Assembly: GCF_009914755.1 (NCBI RefSeq)
Contig: NC_060928.1
Source: the human T2T-CHM13v2.0 reference genome, Homo sapiens
Length of the DNA stretch: 64,000 nucleotides
Strand: one strand, 5' to 3'
Shown here: piece by piece, positions 1 to 13,746 of the stretch
Layout: every line of letters starts with the position of its first letter
Numbering within the stretch: position 1 is the stretch's first letter
Notes under the pieces: generated by a model
What the model was told of the DNA's origin: nothing
The model's database searches: none
The model's input: the letters and a program-made list of their open reading frames with translations, nothing else
Position numbers and translations under genes: made by a program

Positions 1-343
1 AAGTCTATTCCTCAAGGTTATACAGCTAGAAAGCTCAGGAGCTGGAATTTGACCCTAACTCCACTAAACTTCCAAGTCCTTGATGTTAGATATTTAAGGA
101 AAAAAAAAAGTGAAGGTTACCTATAATTCCATAATCTGAAAAAAACTATTTTCTAGGATATTTCTGTTTTGCTGTTTTGTTTACTATAGTGTGCATAAAT
201 GCGTGCTTATTTATGTCAGTTTATACATGCTCACACATTTATTTAAATAAAGGTCTTTCATTATATATATTTAATAGAATAATTCTATGTCCACTTTTTC
301 ATTTGTAACAATTGTGAAACATTTGCATGTTATTAAGTATTTC

Positions 344-400
344 TGAAAATAAAATGTGTCCATTTAAAATTTGTGAAAATAAAATGTGTCCATTTAAAAT
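344..400. repeat. 30-bp-period tandem duplication (2 x 27-bp identical core)
   Basis: tgaaaataaaatgtgtccatttaaaat at 344-370 and 374-400. Confidence 0.95.
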
Positions 401-1214
401 ACCATCTTTAAGGCTACATAATATCTACTATTCAGAAATACCATATTTTAAACACTTTTTGACTGATATTTATGATTTTTCTAATGTTTCATTATGAAAG
501 ATGGTGGCGGTGTGGACATTTGCTTTAATCTTCTAAGGACATACCTTAGCCTACCCTCCAGGAGTCCTCCTTGGCTATGTTCCAGCCAAAATGGCCAGTT
601 TTCCCTCGTATTAATTTCCCTGTCCATCTTATCTCACTGGTGAGACTGGCCCAATATATTCAGCCTGTTCTAAAGCTGATCGATCTTTATAAATGCATAC
701 GGAGAAAAAGACTAGCTCCACGCACAGTGACATTAGAAAGACTGCTCCCCCAGTAGACAAACACGCTTCTCTCTGTCTGCCCTCTGCTATTTTTTCACCC
801 TCATTTCAGTTAGGCAATTGCAGCCGGGGAGGCCTGGGCTTTTCTTATGTTTGAGCACATCATTAATCGGGCTCTCACTCACTCACTCATGTGTGAAGTG
901 GACTCTCGTGGACAATGATCAACTGCTCAGCCCCTGAAATTTCTTGTTTGCCGCTGGTCCCTAGAATCCACTTCAGAGCAGATTCTACCTGTATATTCTT
1001 TTACAAAAATGTGGATGATAAGATTAAATCAGAAATTATTCTGAAGCTTGAAAAGATTCAAGTCCTAAGATACCTGTAAATACTTTACTATTTTAAAGGT
1101 ATAGTCCTAGCCCAAAGTGTAGATTTAGTTACTTCTTAAAATTATTTTGAAAAATTAAAAATGTCACCAGTGTCAGGTAAACAAGACTAATTGGAGGGAA
1201 AAAAATCCTTATAA

Positions 1215-1701
<487 letters not shown>

Positions 1702-2097
1702 GGTTTGGTACATTTCTAAGTTCTCTGACTATTACATTTAACTTCCTTATTCCTTATTTAGAATGTTTGTCTTGATACCGTGAGCAACAAGGAAAGATAA
1801 TATTTGCATCCCAATATAAAAAAGTATTTTATTTCCTTCATGTTCAAATATATTTGAAAGGTGACAGTTTTCTTAGTAGTGGGTGTTTGCTCCTTCGGTT
1901 TATAACTTCATTAATTTATTGTTAGTATTGATCCCTGTCAACTTCATACCCGATAAAAGTGGAGCTACTACATATAGGTCTGTTGAATGAAATAGCATTT
2001 ATTAATAATGATAATCATTCATTATTCACAATACTTCCTGATCAGCATGTGCTTCTCTGTGTGCTTTGCGTACTTATATCTTTTTTATTTAAAACAG

Positions 2098-2222
2098 TAT
2101 TTTTCAGAGATGGGGTCTTACTATGTTGTCCAGTCTAGTCTCAAACTTTTGTGCTCAAGCAACCCTCCAGCCTCGGCCTCCCACATAGCTGGGACTACAT
2201 GCATAAGCAACCACACCTGGCT
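2098..2222 (-). mobile_element. FLAM / free left Alu monomer inserted in a MIR
   Basis: gagatggggtcttactatgttg...ccacacctggct; flanks cgtacttatatcttt / cgtacttatcttt (TSD-like); MIR-like sequence at ~2010-2080 and ~2230-2380. Confidence 0.8.
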
Positions 2223-2529
2223 ACGTACTTATCTTTAATCTTCCTAACAGCCCTTCTAAGTCATGAGTTGATTTTGCAAAACCAAAACAGAGCCAGGGAG
2301 GTTAAATGAATCGTCAAGTGTTGCCTGGTTTAGAAGAGACAGAACTATGATTTGAACCCTAAATGCAGACTAACAGTTTGTGTTCTTTCCCTAACTTTCT
2401 CCAGACTGATGTAAATTATTACCTGAAAGTTTAAATGCAAAAATAAGCACAATGCTCTTACCAAAAATGCACTGTAGACATCAATAAAATTAGTAAACTC
2501 GAAGTACAAGTGCCAGTTCCTGCTAGGAA

Positions 2530-2660
2530 TCCATTCATTCATTCCACATATTATTTACTGAGCATCTATTATGGGCCAGGCACTGTGCTGGTTGCTAAAA
2601 ATATAATGGGGAGAACAAGAAGGCATGGTCCCTAACCTCATGGGAATAAATGTATAGTGT
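2530..2660 (-). mobile_element. L2 3' end fragment
   Basis: cattcattc...tttactgagcatctattatgggccaggcactgtgct...catggtccctaacctcatgg, typical L2 3' terminus in antisense. Confidence 0.7.
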
Positions 2661-2799
2661 ATAGATAGTGCTGCGATTCCCACATAACTTCTGTAATCTC
2701 TGTCCTTGTAATCTGAGGTCACATTAATAAACAGGAGTATACCTACCAGAAACTGCTGGGGTTTCCTCATTTCCTACGGTCTATGCTCCAGCTAAGTGC

Positions 2800-3005
2800 T
2801 CCCAATGACGGCATTGATTCTCATTCCTGGACAAAAAATTAGAATTCACTAGAAATATTTTTAAATGTTTGTACTCAGCACCACCCCTCCTTTTCTACTC
2901 CATCCTGGTCATGACTTCGTTTTTGTAGGGTATGTCCCAGGCTTCAGTACTATTTAAATATTTCTCAGTGACTTCTATAAGCAGCAATGGTTGAGGATGC
3001 TCTTG
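2800..3005. mobile_element. MER5-like hAT-Charlie MITE (diverged)
   Basis: MER5-type motifs such as ttagaattcac...ccaggcttcagtactatttaaatatttctcagtgacttcta...ggttgagga. Confidence 0.5.
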
Positions 3006-3528
3006 GCATCCTTAGTAAGCTATGTTGCTTATAATTTCCCATCAGGAATCTATAAAACTCTGTGACTGCTGCAGAAATGTAGCTTAGGATACAAGCCCTG
3101 TCCACTGCAGCAGGCCTATTTCTGTGGCCCATTTTTTCTAAGTTCCTGAACCATTGTTCACATTTCCTGTCCTGACTTTTCTTCACGGATTCCGGGTCTG
3201 AGTTGCCCTTCTGACTTGATGTTTTCTCCTTCTTTTCAGAATCTGTCATTGCTGAGTATGCAGATGTGATTCTGACTTTCAAAATGAGCTTGTGGTTCTC
3301 ATCTGGACTGACCACATGCTTGATGCCACCATCTCCCTGGTGCTGTCCCTAACCCCAGTCCTTACTGGTCCCACATTCTCTGATTTAGTAGCTAAGCAGT
3401 CTCTAGCTCAATGACCAAATGATCTGAGGCTATTTAAGATTTACTCTCTTAGCAAATTCAGTATACAAAGCAGTGTTATTAACTAGAGTCACTATGCTGT
3501 ACATGAGATCCTCAGATCCTATCTTTTA

Positions 3529-3570
3529 TTAGGCTGGTGCAAAAGTAATTACGGTTTTTGCTTTGAAAGT
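3529..3570 (+). mobile_element. Half MADE1 (Hsmar1 TIR plus 6-bp spacer)
   Basis: TA|ttaggctggtgcaaaagtaattacggtttttgcttt gaaagt matches the MADE1 TIR and spacer; the second TIR is absent. Confidence 0.9.
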
Positions 3571-3739
3571 ACTGAAGCCTGGGTTTCACCCTTCAAAAGC
3601 TAAGGCATGACCTGGGTGGGGTAGGGAAGGAGGGGCAGTGCTGAATGCAAACGTTTAAAAAATATTTCTAATGGATTCTAATTTTTTATCCAGGAATGAG
3701 AGTCAGTGCAGTCATTGGGAGCACTTAGCTGGAGCATAG
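3568..3739 (-). repeat. Inverted copy of 2781-2951
   Basis: Hand alignment: ~25 differences in ~171 nt (~85%); terminal 29 nt identical (gtcattgggagcacttagctggagcatag vs ctatgctccagctaagtgctcccaatgac). Confidence 0.95.
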
Positions 3740-4133
3740 GCTATAGCTGAAGGTTTGTACCCTTTGAATGTTCTCACCACAAAAATAAAACAAACAATCA
3801 AAAAAAGGTAACTAGGTGAGATGTTGTTGACTAGCTGATTGTGGTAACCATTTTATGATTACACATACGTCAAATCATCACATTGTGCATTTTAAATACA
3901 TACACTTTTATTTGTCAATTAAACCTCAAGGAGGCTGAAAAAAAAAAGAAATACTAAGATATTAAATTAAGCAAGCAAACAAAAAATATCAGAGGCTTAC
4001 ATAGACAATCAGTCTACCACCCTCTCTCTTTTCAATTTCTCACCAAGACCACACAAGGAGGGACGAGCTTTCCTCTGTCCTGCCCACACCCATGGTCTGC
4101 CTTTCTCTTTTACAACTTTTCCTTTTAAGAGAA

Positions 4134-4387
<254 letters not shown>

Positions 4388-4668
4388 CTACTCATTTTGA
4401 TCTGGCCGATTGTATAGTGAGATGCTATTTAATGGACTTCTAGGCCGAAGGCAGGGCTGGGACCTAACAGCACTGTGCATTTGGCTCCAGGCCTGGGATT
4501 GGAGTGTTCTTAACCTTGATCTGGGCTGCTCTGGTCACTGTTGTGTCTCCTTCAACTGTTGCCTTATCTCAGTTTCTCTGATCCTGACACCATTCCTAAA
4601 ATCCAAGGTTTAAAATACCAAGTTACACATAATGACATATAGTAACTTATGGTTGGATTGGGGAAATA

Positions 4669-5775
4669 TTTTTTTTCTCTCCAGAACTTTTATACAAATA
4701 GGAAGAAGGAGACTCTTTCACCTATACAAGGGGTATATGAAGACATTGTTAAAGTAGCCATAGCATTTTGAAGAGCCCCAAATAAAGAAAGAATCCTGGG
4801 TGGATTTGAGGGAAGAATTCGTTATAATGAACCAGAAATACAAGAGTCTACTGAAACTGGAAAAGTTGACAGAATATAGTTGAACTTAATAAAACCTTCA
4901 AGGGAAATAAGGGTCAAACAAAGAAAGCCAATGAATGGAAAAGCCCAAGATTGGTTTGGGATAAACATGAGGATAGTCACATTTTAGCATGGGTATCTTC
5001 TGACCTCTCCCAGCAGTTCAGCCCCCATCATTCTCCCATCTGACACACCTGCCAGACCAAATGCCTTCTTCCTCTATTTTGCACGTATCAAGCAACCCAA
5101 TAGTACCTCTTTGGCCATGATACAAAGCTAAGAAGAAACCTCGTAAATTTCATGCACGGGTAGAAAGTGCAATGCAACCCAGTAGGCTGGTTGATTATTT
5201 ATGTGGTGTCAATGCACATGGTAGCAATTTCAATCAAATCAGTCCTGCTACCACAAGTAAGTAACCTCTAACGCAGCCCTGTCATGATGTTTAATGTTCT
5301 TAACTTACTAAATTATCAACATGGCCGAATGCATTTTTGAGCTCCAGATTTTCTAAACATTTTTAAGAGGCGATTAAAGAAGATGTAACAGAAACCTATC
5401 CCAGAAACCTAGGCATTGGGGAGGAACCCTGACTGGTTCTTTTTGGGACCTTTCTGTGAGGGCAACAGAGATGAACAAAAGAAATGTTAGCGTGTCAGAG
5501 GATATGACAAGTGAGGGGAGGCTGAGGTAGGAAGAGGGCGTTCTAGCCACAGGCTAACACAACTGTGTTAAAGGAGAAGTCTGGGCAAAGGAGGGGAAAA
5601 CACCCCCCCAAACAAAAACAAAAAACCAAACCAAAGGACAAAAGAGTTTCACACAACACAGTATCAAAAAGTAAAAGGAACACACTAAATGCGTGAGCTA
5701 ATGGTAAGTCAGTCCACAGCCTATTATGATAGGCCCATCCAGCATCAATCAGATTTATTCTCCTCTGCTGTCCCT
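4669..5775 (-). pseudogene. CHTOP: Processed retrocopy of an mRNA 3' UTR, resembling CHTOP (no CDS retained)
   Basis: Minus strand reads aaatctgattgatgctggatgggcctatcataataggctgtggact...gcatttagtgtgttccttttactttttgatactgtgttg...cccctcctttgcccagacttctc...gtatttctggttcattataac, which I recall as the CHTOP 3' UTR; ends with TATAAA then A8; symbol is the presumed parent, identified from memory only. Confidence 0.65.
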
Positions 5776-5838
5776 ATTTTTTAATTGTTTGTTAGATAAT
5801 TGACTGATAAAGGAAAAGAAAATATAGGGAAAGATATC

Positions 5839-6180
5839 AGCCGGGCATGGTGGCTCACGCCTGTAATCCCAGCGCTTTGAGAGGCCAAGGCAGGTCTATT
5901 GCTTGAGCCTGGGAGTTCAAGGCCAGTTTGGCCAACATGGCAAAACTCCACCTCTATAAAAAATACAAAATTTAGCTGGGCATGGAGGCACAGGTCTGTA
6001 GTCCCAGTACTTGAGAGGCTGAGGCAGGAGGATGGCTTGAGCTCAGTAAGCAGAGGTTGCAGTGATTCAAGAATGCACCACTGCACTCCAGTCTGGGCAA
6101 TAGAGCAAGATTCTGTCAAAAAAAAAAAAAAAAAAAAAAAAGAGAAAGAAAGAAAGAAAGAAGGAAAGAAAGAGAGAAAG
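5839..6180 (+). mobile_element. AluJ with A/(GAAA)n tail
   Basis: Full dimer, AluJ-type gcttgagcc / gaggatggcttgagc, high divergence. Confidence 0.92.
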
Positions 6181-6211
6181 GTTTTATAATGGTGGAGAGA
6201 AACTAACAATG

Positions 6212-6420
6212 AGGAAGCAGCATGGTAGAGAGAGAACTCTGGAGCCTCACAGATGAGCATAAATCTGCTTCTGCCATGTCCTAGCTTTAGGAAGCTAAAC
6301 TTAATCCCCAAGTCTTGAGAATTTTTTTATTTTTTATATACTCCCTTACAAAATGAATAAAGGTTTCTCATGGGCCTATGGTAAGGATTGGCAGTAATAT
6401 GGGCAAAGCATTTGATTCAT
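6212..6420 (+). mobile_element. MIR
   Basis: gcagcatggtag...actctggagcc...ctgccatgtcctagct...gtaaggatt. Confidence 0.6.
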
Positions 6421-7599
6421 AGTATGTATATTAGGGTCTTACATGCAAGGAAATTAAGACAAACTAAAATTATCTCAGTTAATAGTTCCTTATAGGAGCA
6501 CAATATTTTTTTTTAATGAATTTACAAAGTCCTGAGCTCTTCTGACTTGGATACTCAATTTCATGTCATAGCAAAGGTATAAAAATGAATTTAAAAATCT
6601 GTGGTAAATAAAAACTTTTATAAAAATTGAAGTTATTATTACAATTCTGCTATTAAAATAACTTGTCCATGAGTCACATGAGTCACAAAGCTGCATATGT
6701 CAAGCAAGCATAGGGAGAAATATATCATGCATACATGAGAAAATCTAACCTGTACACTGTTTTCAAAAGTAACAAAATTATTACAAATACCAAATGTACC
6801 AACTCTTGTGATGTTTTATGCATATTGTATTAGTTTCATGTTTGTGTTTTTTAGCCCTTTAGGCTTTTTTTAGGTTTCGTATATTTTTTGTAGGCCCATA
6901 CAGTCTTACAGGCCCCAGGTCAGCTGCTTAGAGTGCCCCATGAGACATATAGCTCAGCCTGCATGCAGGCCTGTCAGAGCCTGGAGCACAGATCAGGACA
7001 CAACCAGCCGAGCTGGCTTGTCTTCTCTGCAAAGGCCATCTCCTAATTCTAGGGCTCTGCCTTTGTAGTGAATGGGCTATTCTCTATTTCTGCTTCGCCT
7101 GCCTATTGTGTTAAATAATGCTTTTGTTTTTCATCTCTAAAGTTCAAAATTACAGAGAAGAAGGATCTGGTTGACTCCACTGGTCCAATATTCAACACCA
7201 TGATAAACCGAGTTCTATGGTCAGGACCAATCTAAGGCTGCTGGTCAGCCCACAGATTGGCTGCCTTCTGGACATTTGCACACCTCTAGGGAGGGAGTGT
7301 CACATGGAAAAAAGCAGAGAGAACCAAGGGTAAGGAAGCCCTTGGCAGAGGCCTGAAGCAAAGACAAAACTGTAACAGACAGTTTCTTGCTTGGCCCGTC
7401 CAATACAACATGTGCTCAATAAGTTGTTGAAATCATCCTAAGTATTAAGTATTTGAGAAAAATTCCTGGGGAAAAATTATAAGGCATCCCAATAGTAAGC
7501 AAACTTATGATCAGGGAGACAATTAAACTGAGACTAAAAAGTAAGAATGTTATTTCGTAATTGTTCAATGAATAATGTATTTTGTAGGTGCCTTAAGTT

Positions 7600-8520
<921 letters not shown>

Positions 8521-8992
8521 GCATTTTTTGGCAAGTCCAGGTCAAGGAATATGTGTCAAAGCAGTCTTACTTATGATGTACAAAGGGCAAACCCATGATG
8601 AAATATTTGTTAGCATATGGAACTAAACTGCTTGAGGCAGTGACATATGAAACTGACACGAATAAAGTATGAGAAGTCCTCACAAAATTGTGGAGTGGGC
8701 AAAAAGTGGCAGATGAATGATGCTATGGTCAGATAAGATAATGCATTCAGGTGAAAGAGATAAAAACTGTAATTTTAGCATGGTGAGTTCGCTCATAAAA
8801 CTGTCACTTCTGCTATATAAATTTGTAGTTTCAATATTCAAGGGGTTAATTATACCAAGTCATTGTTGCCACCTAAGCAAAGGACACGGGGATTATTGCT
8901 GACTGTTTCATGAAGACCTTAAACCAATATGACATTGGGTAAAACAACCAAAAAATTAAAGAATACAAGAAAAAAGTTTAAAGAACTACTGA

Positions 8993-9092
8993 ATATGTAT
9001 ATATATATATACACACACACATACATATATAGATATATATAGATATATATAGACATATATAGACATATATAGACATATGTACATATATAGAC

Positions 9093-9123
<31 letters not shown>

Positions 9124-9126
9124 TAT
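8993..9126. repeat. Compound (TA)n/(CA)n/(ATATATAGAC)n microsatellite
   Basis: Seen directly. Confidence 0.95.
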
Positions 9127-9665
9127 GTACTGTGATAGCTGTAGAAGATTTAGGTTACTCTATTTTTAGAAAAATATAAGAGATGTTTTATATTTATATT
9201 TTATATGTTTTATATTTAAAGTTCCTTTAAAATAACTAATTCCCCTGATGGACTAAAAATGAGTAAGTCACAGCCCCAATCATTGAGAAAATTACTATTT
9301 AGTAAGAAGAGCAAAAGCCTGGACAATTAAATTATACTAAACCATGATACAAAATATGCCAGAAGCATGCAAAGATTACCGTGATAGCCGACAGGATGGA
9401 GCAATTGACTTTGCCCCAGGAAGTCAGTAGAAAACAACCAGAAGATTAAATATCTGAGTTGAGACTCAAAGAATGAGCTGGAATTTTCTGGGTAAAAACG
9501 TATGTTAAGTCTTCCAAGCACAGAGAGTAGGATCTGCAAAGCTGTGATGTCATAAAGAAGCTTGGCAGATTGACTGAACAGTGAATTTATTATTCTTTGT
9601 GCACAAACTATAGGAAAGGAGAATTACTGAGTGGGGGCCAAGAACAAGAAAGTAAAGTGAATCAT

Positions 9666-10336
<671 letters not shown>

Positions 10337-10460
10337 CAAGCTTTTCACAAGACACTGGCTAATCTTATTGGTTACAAGCAGATTTATGCATGAGAGGAAT
10401 GACACAGTTGGGTTTCTTATACAGGGAATTATTCAGCCAGCAGAGCAGAGATCAACTGCA

Positions 10461-10640
10461 TCAGTGATTCACGAACTGAGCATTCCTCAGAATGATCTGG
10501 AGCACTTGTTAAAAACACATATTGCCAGGCCCCTCACCCAGTTTCTTACTCAACAGGTGTGCGTGGGGCCTAGGGATTTCTATTTCTAGCAAACGTGATG
10601 CTAATGCTTCCCTTCTTGGACCACATGGTGAGTACCATGA
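10461..10640. mobile_element. MER5A
   Basis: cagtgattc...tcagaat...ttgttaaaaacacatattgccaggcccc...gtggggcctag...ttctagcaa...tgatgctaatgct...ggaccac. Confidence 0.7.
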
Positions 10641-11400
10641 AATGGAGGAATCAGATACCAGAGTTATTGCAAATGATTGATGGTAAGGCAATGGGTAGGA
10701 TGAGAGTAGCAGCAAGGTGACAGGAGAGGCCATACCAGATCAGAGAGATGTGTTTCAGGTTGAATTAACAGACTCTTATGACACTGGATGTTAGGGAAGA
10801 GGATGAGAGCTTTGAAAATGACCACAGGATAAACACTTTGGGCAGAAAATTGCCCCATTAACCAAGGTGAAGACTAGAGTAGCAAGAACAAGCTTAGGCA
10901 GGCATGGTAGGGAAGTGAGGGGTGGAGTGGAAAGAAAGAAAGGAGTCCAGTTTATGACATTTTAGCTTTCAAGTACTTAAAGGCATCCAGATTTGATATG
11001 TCCAGTTGGCAACAGAAATGCAGCTCTGGATCTCAGAAGAGGGCTAATACCTGAAGGTAGAGACAGAATCATCAGGATTTGATGAGGCTGAAGTCATGGG
11101 ATAAAATGAGGGCATCCAGGAAGGGTATTTGAGAAAGGCAAAGAACCAAGTATAGAAGCCTGAAATGTCCCAATAATTGGATAACTCATGAGGATGTTGA
11201 GAAACCAGAAAGGACAATAAAAATGAAAAGTCTGAAATGTAGCAGAACGAGCAGAGAGCTACGTTTCAGGAAATAGGAGAGGAGAGAGATTTCAAAATCA
11301 GGGAGTCCTCAGTGGTGTCAAATATTTTAGAGATCAGACATAGTGATGACCGAAAAAAAGACCTGCAATAATTGTGTGTGTAGTTCATTACTGTTTCTAC
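10640..11400 (-). mobile_element. L2
   Basis: ggcatccag...atgtccagttggca...ctggatctcagaaga and gtggtgtcaaat motifs; boundaries approximate. Confidence 0.6.
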
Positions 11401-13681
11401 CCAGACCTTAATTCAGCTGTTGGATAGGATGTGGACTTCCCACCCACCATTAGATGGATTTTTTTGTCCTTATTCTTTAATTAATCAAGGAAGCCTCTAT
11501 ATGAACCAGCAGGTTCTTCCTTTAAAAGCTGAGGCCACCCCTGAGGAATTTGCCCTTTTACAATTACAGTCACCTGAAGAAAGTCATCTTACCCTCTTGG
11601 CAAAGGGAGGGATGGAGAAAAAAATGGGATCATTCTAAGTCTTTATTCAAGAACACCGCAAAGTCTGCTAGAAACTGGAGCTGAAAGCATGCTACGCCCG
11701 GGGCCCATGGTTATGTGTGTGCAAATGGTGTCATTGTGCAGGCCATCCTTTTGCATCAAGATTCTGACACTATGAATATGAAGCATTGATATACGTACAT
11801 CTATTCCCAGGCCCTATTTGAATCTTAAACCCTGGACTTAATCTCTGACTTCTGTTCTTGCTTGGCTAAGATCTCTATGTATCTACTTGAGTCTGTGTAT
11901 CCAGATAGATCTTCACTGGGCCTACCACTTGCCTTGACCAGTCAACATGGCAGGAAATTGCTAAAGTCGTCTCGGGTCATCTGTGTACCACATCCAACCC
12001 ACACGCCACTCAAGCAACTTTCCCTATGTGATCCAGCCTAGGCCTAACCCCTGCCTCTTCCTTATTCTAACTGAACTATGCCCCCCGTATCACCCAGGCA
12101 GTTGAGCCTACCAGATACAAAAGCTGGGACTATGTCACACGCTTTCATTGATGAAAGAGACACAAATAGACCTTAACAGATCACACTAAGCCTCAATGAC
12201 CATGAATAAGATAATCTGTGCCTTACTTGCTATGTGTTTTTAAAAACATATGTGTGGGCAACTTCTATTTCATTTCAATTGAAAGAGAAAAAAATATTAT
12301 TTCTTGGACCTTCATCAAAATATTGCCAGTTTGAATTGCACTCTTTTTTTTTTTTTGGTTAAAAATAGGGAAAAAACACCCACAAATGATAAATAAGTAA
12401 GAATAGATACACTGTTGTTGTGAAATCATCTTAGTCCTTTATCTTTTTCAATCAAAATGACATAAATGTAAGAGAAATAACTCCCATAATAGTCACCGAT
12501 TACAAAAGAGCAAAGAAAGAACACAAGATGTTAGGTCCACGACTTTTGTTCCAGATGTCCCAGGGACCCTGGGCTGCCTAGACCTTTATTTTCTCATCTC
12601 TTCAAGGGAGAGAAATTTAGGTATGATTATTTGATGTGATTCTTCCACTGCCTTTTAATCTCTTATGTTCAATTATAATTTTTATGAAAGAATATGTAAA
12701 AATAAATTCTGAACTCTATTTTAACCTTGCATCTTATCTTACAGACTGAATGTGAGCAGTACCTGCTCTGTAAATAACTCACTGAATCATTTGGACAAAA
12801 AAAGTTCAACAAAATAGTTGACTGCTTTACGATACAGATGGCATCTGTCTTTTAAATAACTTAAGTATTTAAATTGAGTAGTGAAAATACCTGACAAATC
12901 TTTTTCAGACTAGTACAGCAAAGAAAACTGGAATAACATCTAAGACATCAGAAGTTATTTGTAGACCTTCAAGATTTTCTTTTATTTAGGGGGTAAACCA
13001 TTGTGCCTGTCCCTCTCCTCTTTGTCTCTCTCTTATGAATTCCATCTGCTTATAAGTGTCATTGCAGGAGCTTGCAAGGAAACACTTTTGATTAGCACTA
13101 AAAAGGTCTAATGTTTGAGACCTTGAATGCAAAACTTCTGATAAAAATAAACTTCAAGGTCTCAGAATACTCTTATCAGATCAACCGTATGGTCCCAGAG
13201 TAGGTTGCTTAAATCTTCTTGGCTAAGCTTGAGAGTGCAAAGCTTAATACCCACAGGCTTGCAATCTTTTTGAATGTGATTATAATTCAGCACCAGCTTT
13301 GCATCCTGGATAAAGGTTCCCCTTGAACACAAAGTATGTTACATGCTTGTGTGCTAGTGATCAAAATACTCAGAGGATTATGGCACTTGCTGTTCTTAAA
13401 CCTCCAAAATGGTGTTAAAATGCTACATCCAATCAGCTAAGCTGTAAATTAAATTTTTGTAGATTGAAGACATAGTTTTATTTCATATGCCAGAAACTCA
13501 TTTCAACCCTAGCATTTCTGTTAGCACATTGCATCTAGCAGCATAACTCAAGAGGTTTAATGAAAGTTTAAAAACAATCTGTTGCAGATTTTGTGCCTAA
13601 TTTATTTTTAATTGCAAATTGTACAACACATTATTGCCTGTGAAAATAGAAATTTAATTTCCTTCCTGTTTTTTTTTGTGT

Positions 13682-13683
13682 TT

Positions 13684-13746
<63 letters not shown>
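13682..13746. repeat. (CTTT)n tetranucleotide STR
   Basis: Seen directly. Confidence 0.97.

Larger units (their letters stand above)
3432..3985 (+). mobile_element. Short L1MA-type 3' end with 5' inversion (twin priming), interrupted at 3529-3741
   Basis: 3432-3528 and 3742-3767 read as antisense L1MA 3' UTR; 3768-3947 is the sense continuation (atgttctcaccac...tcaattaaacctc...A-tail); diverged TSD aaatgatctgaggct / aaatatcagaggct. Confidence 0.8.
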
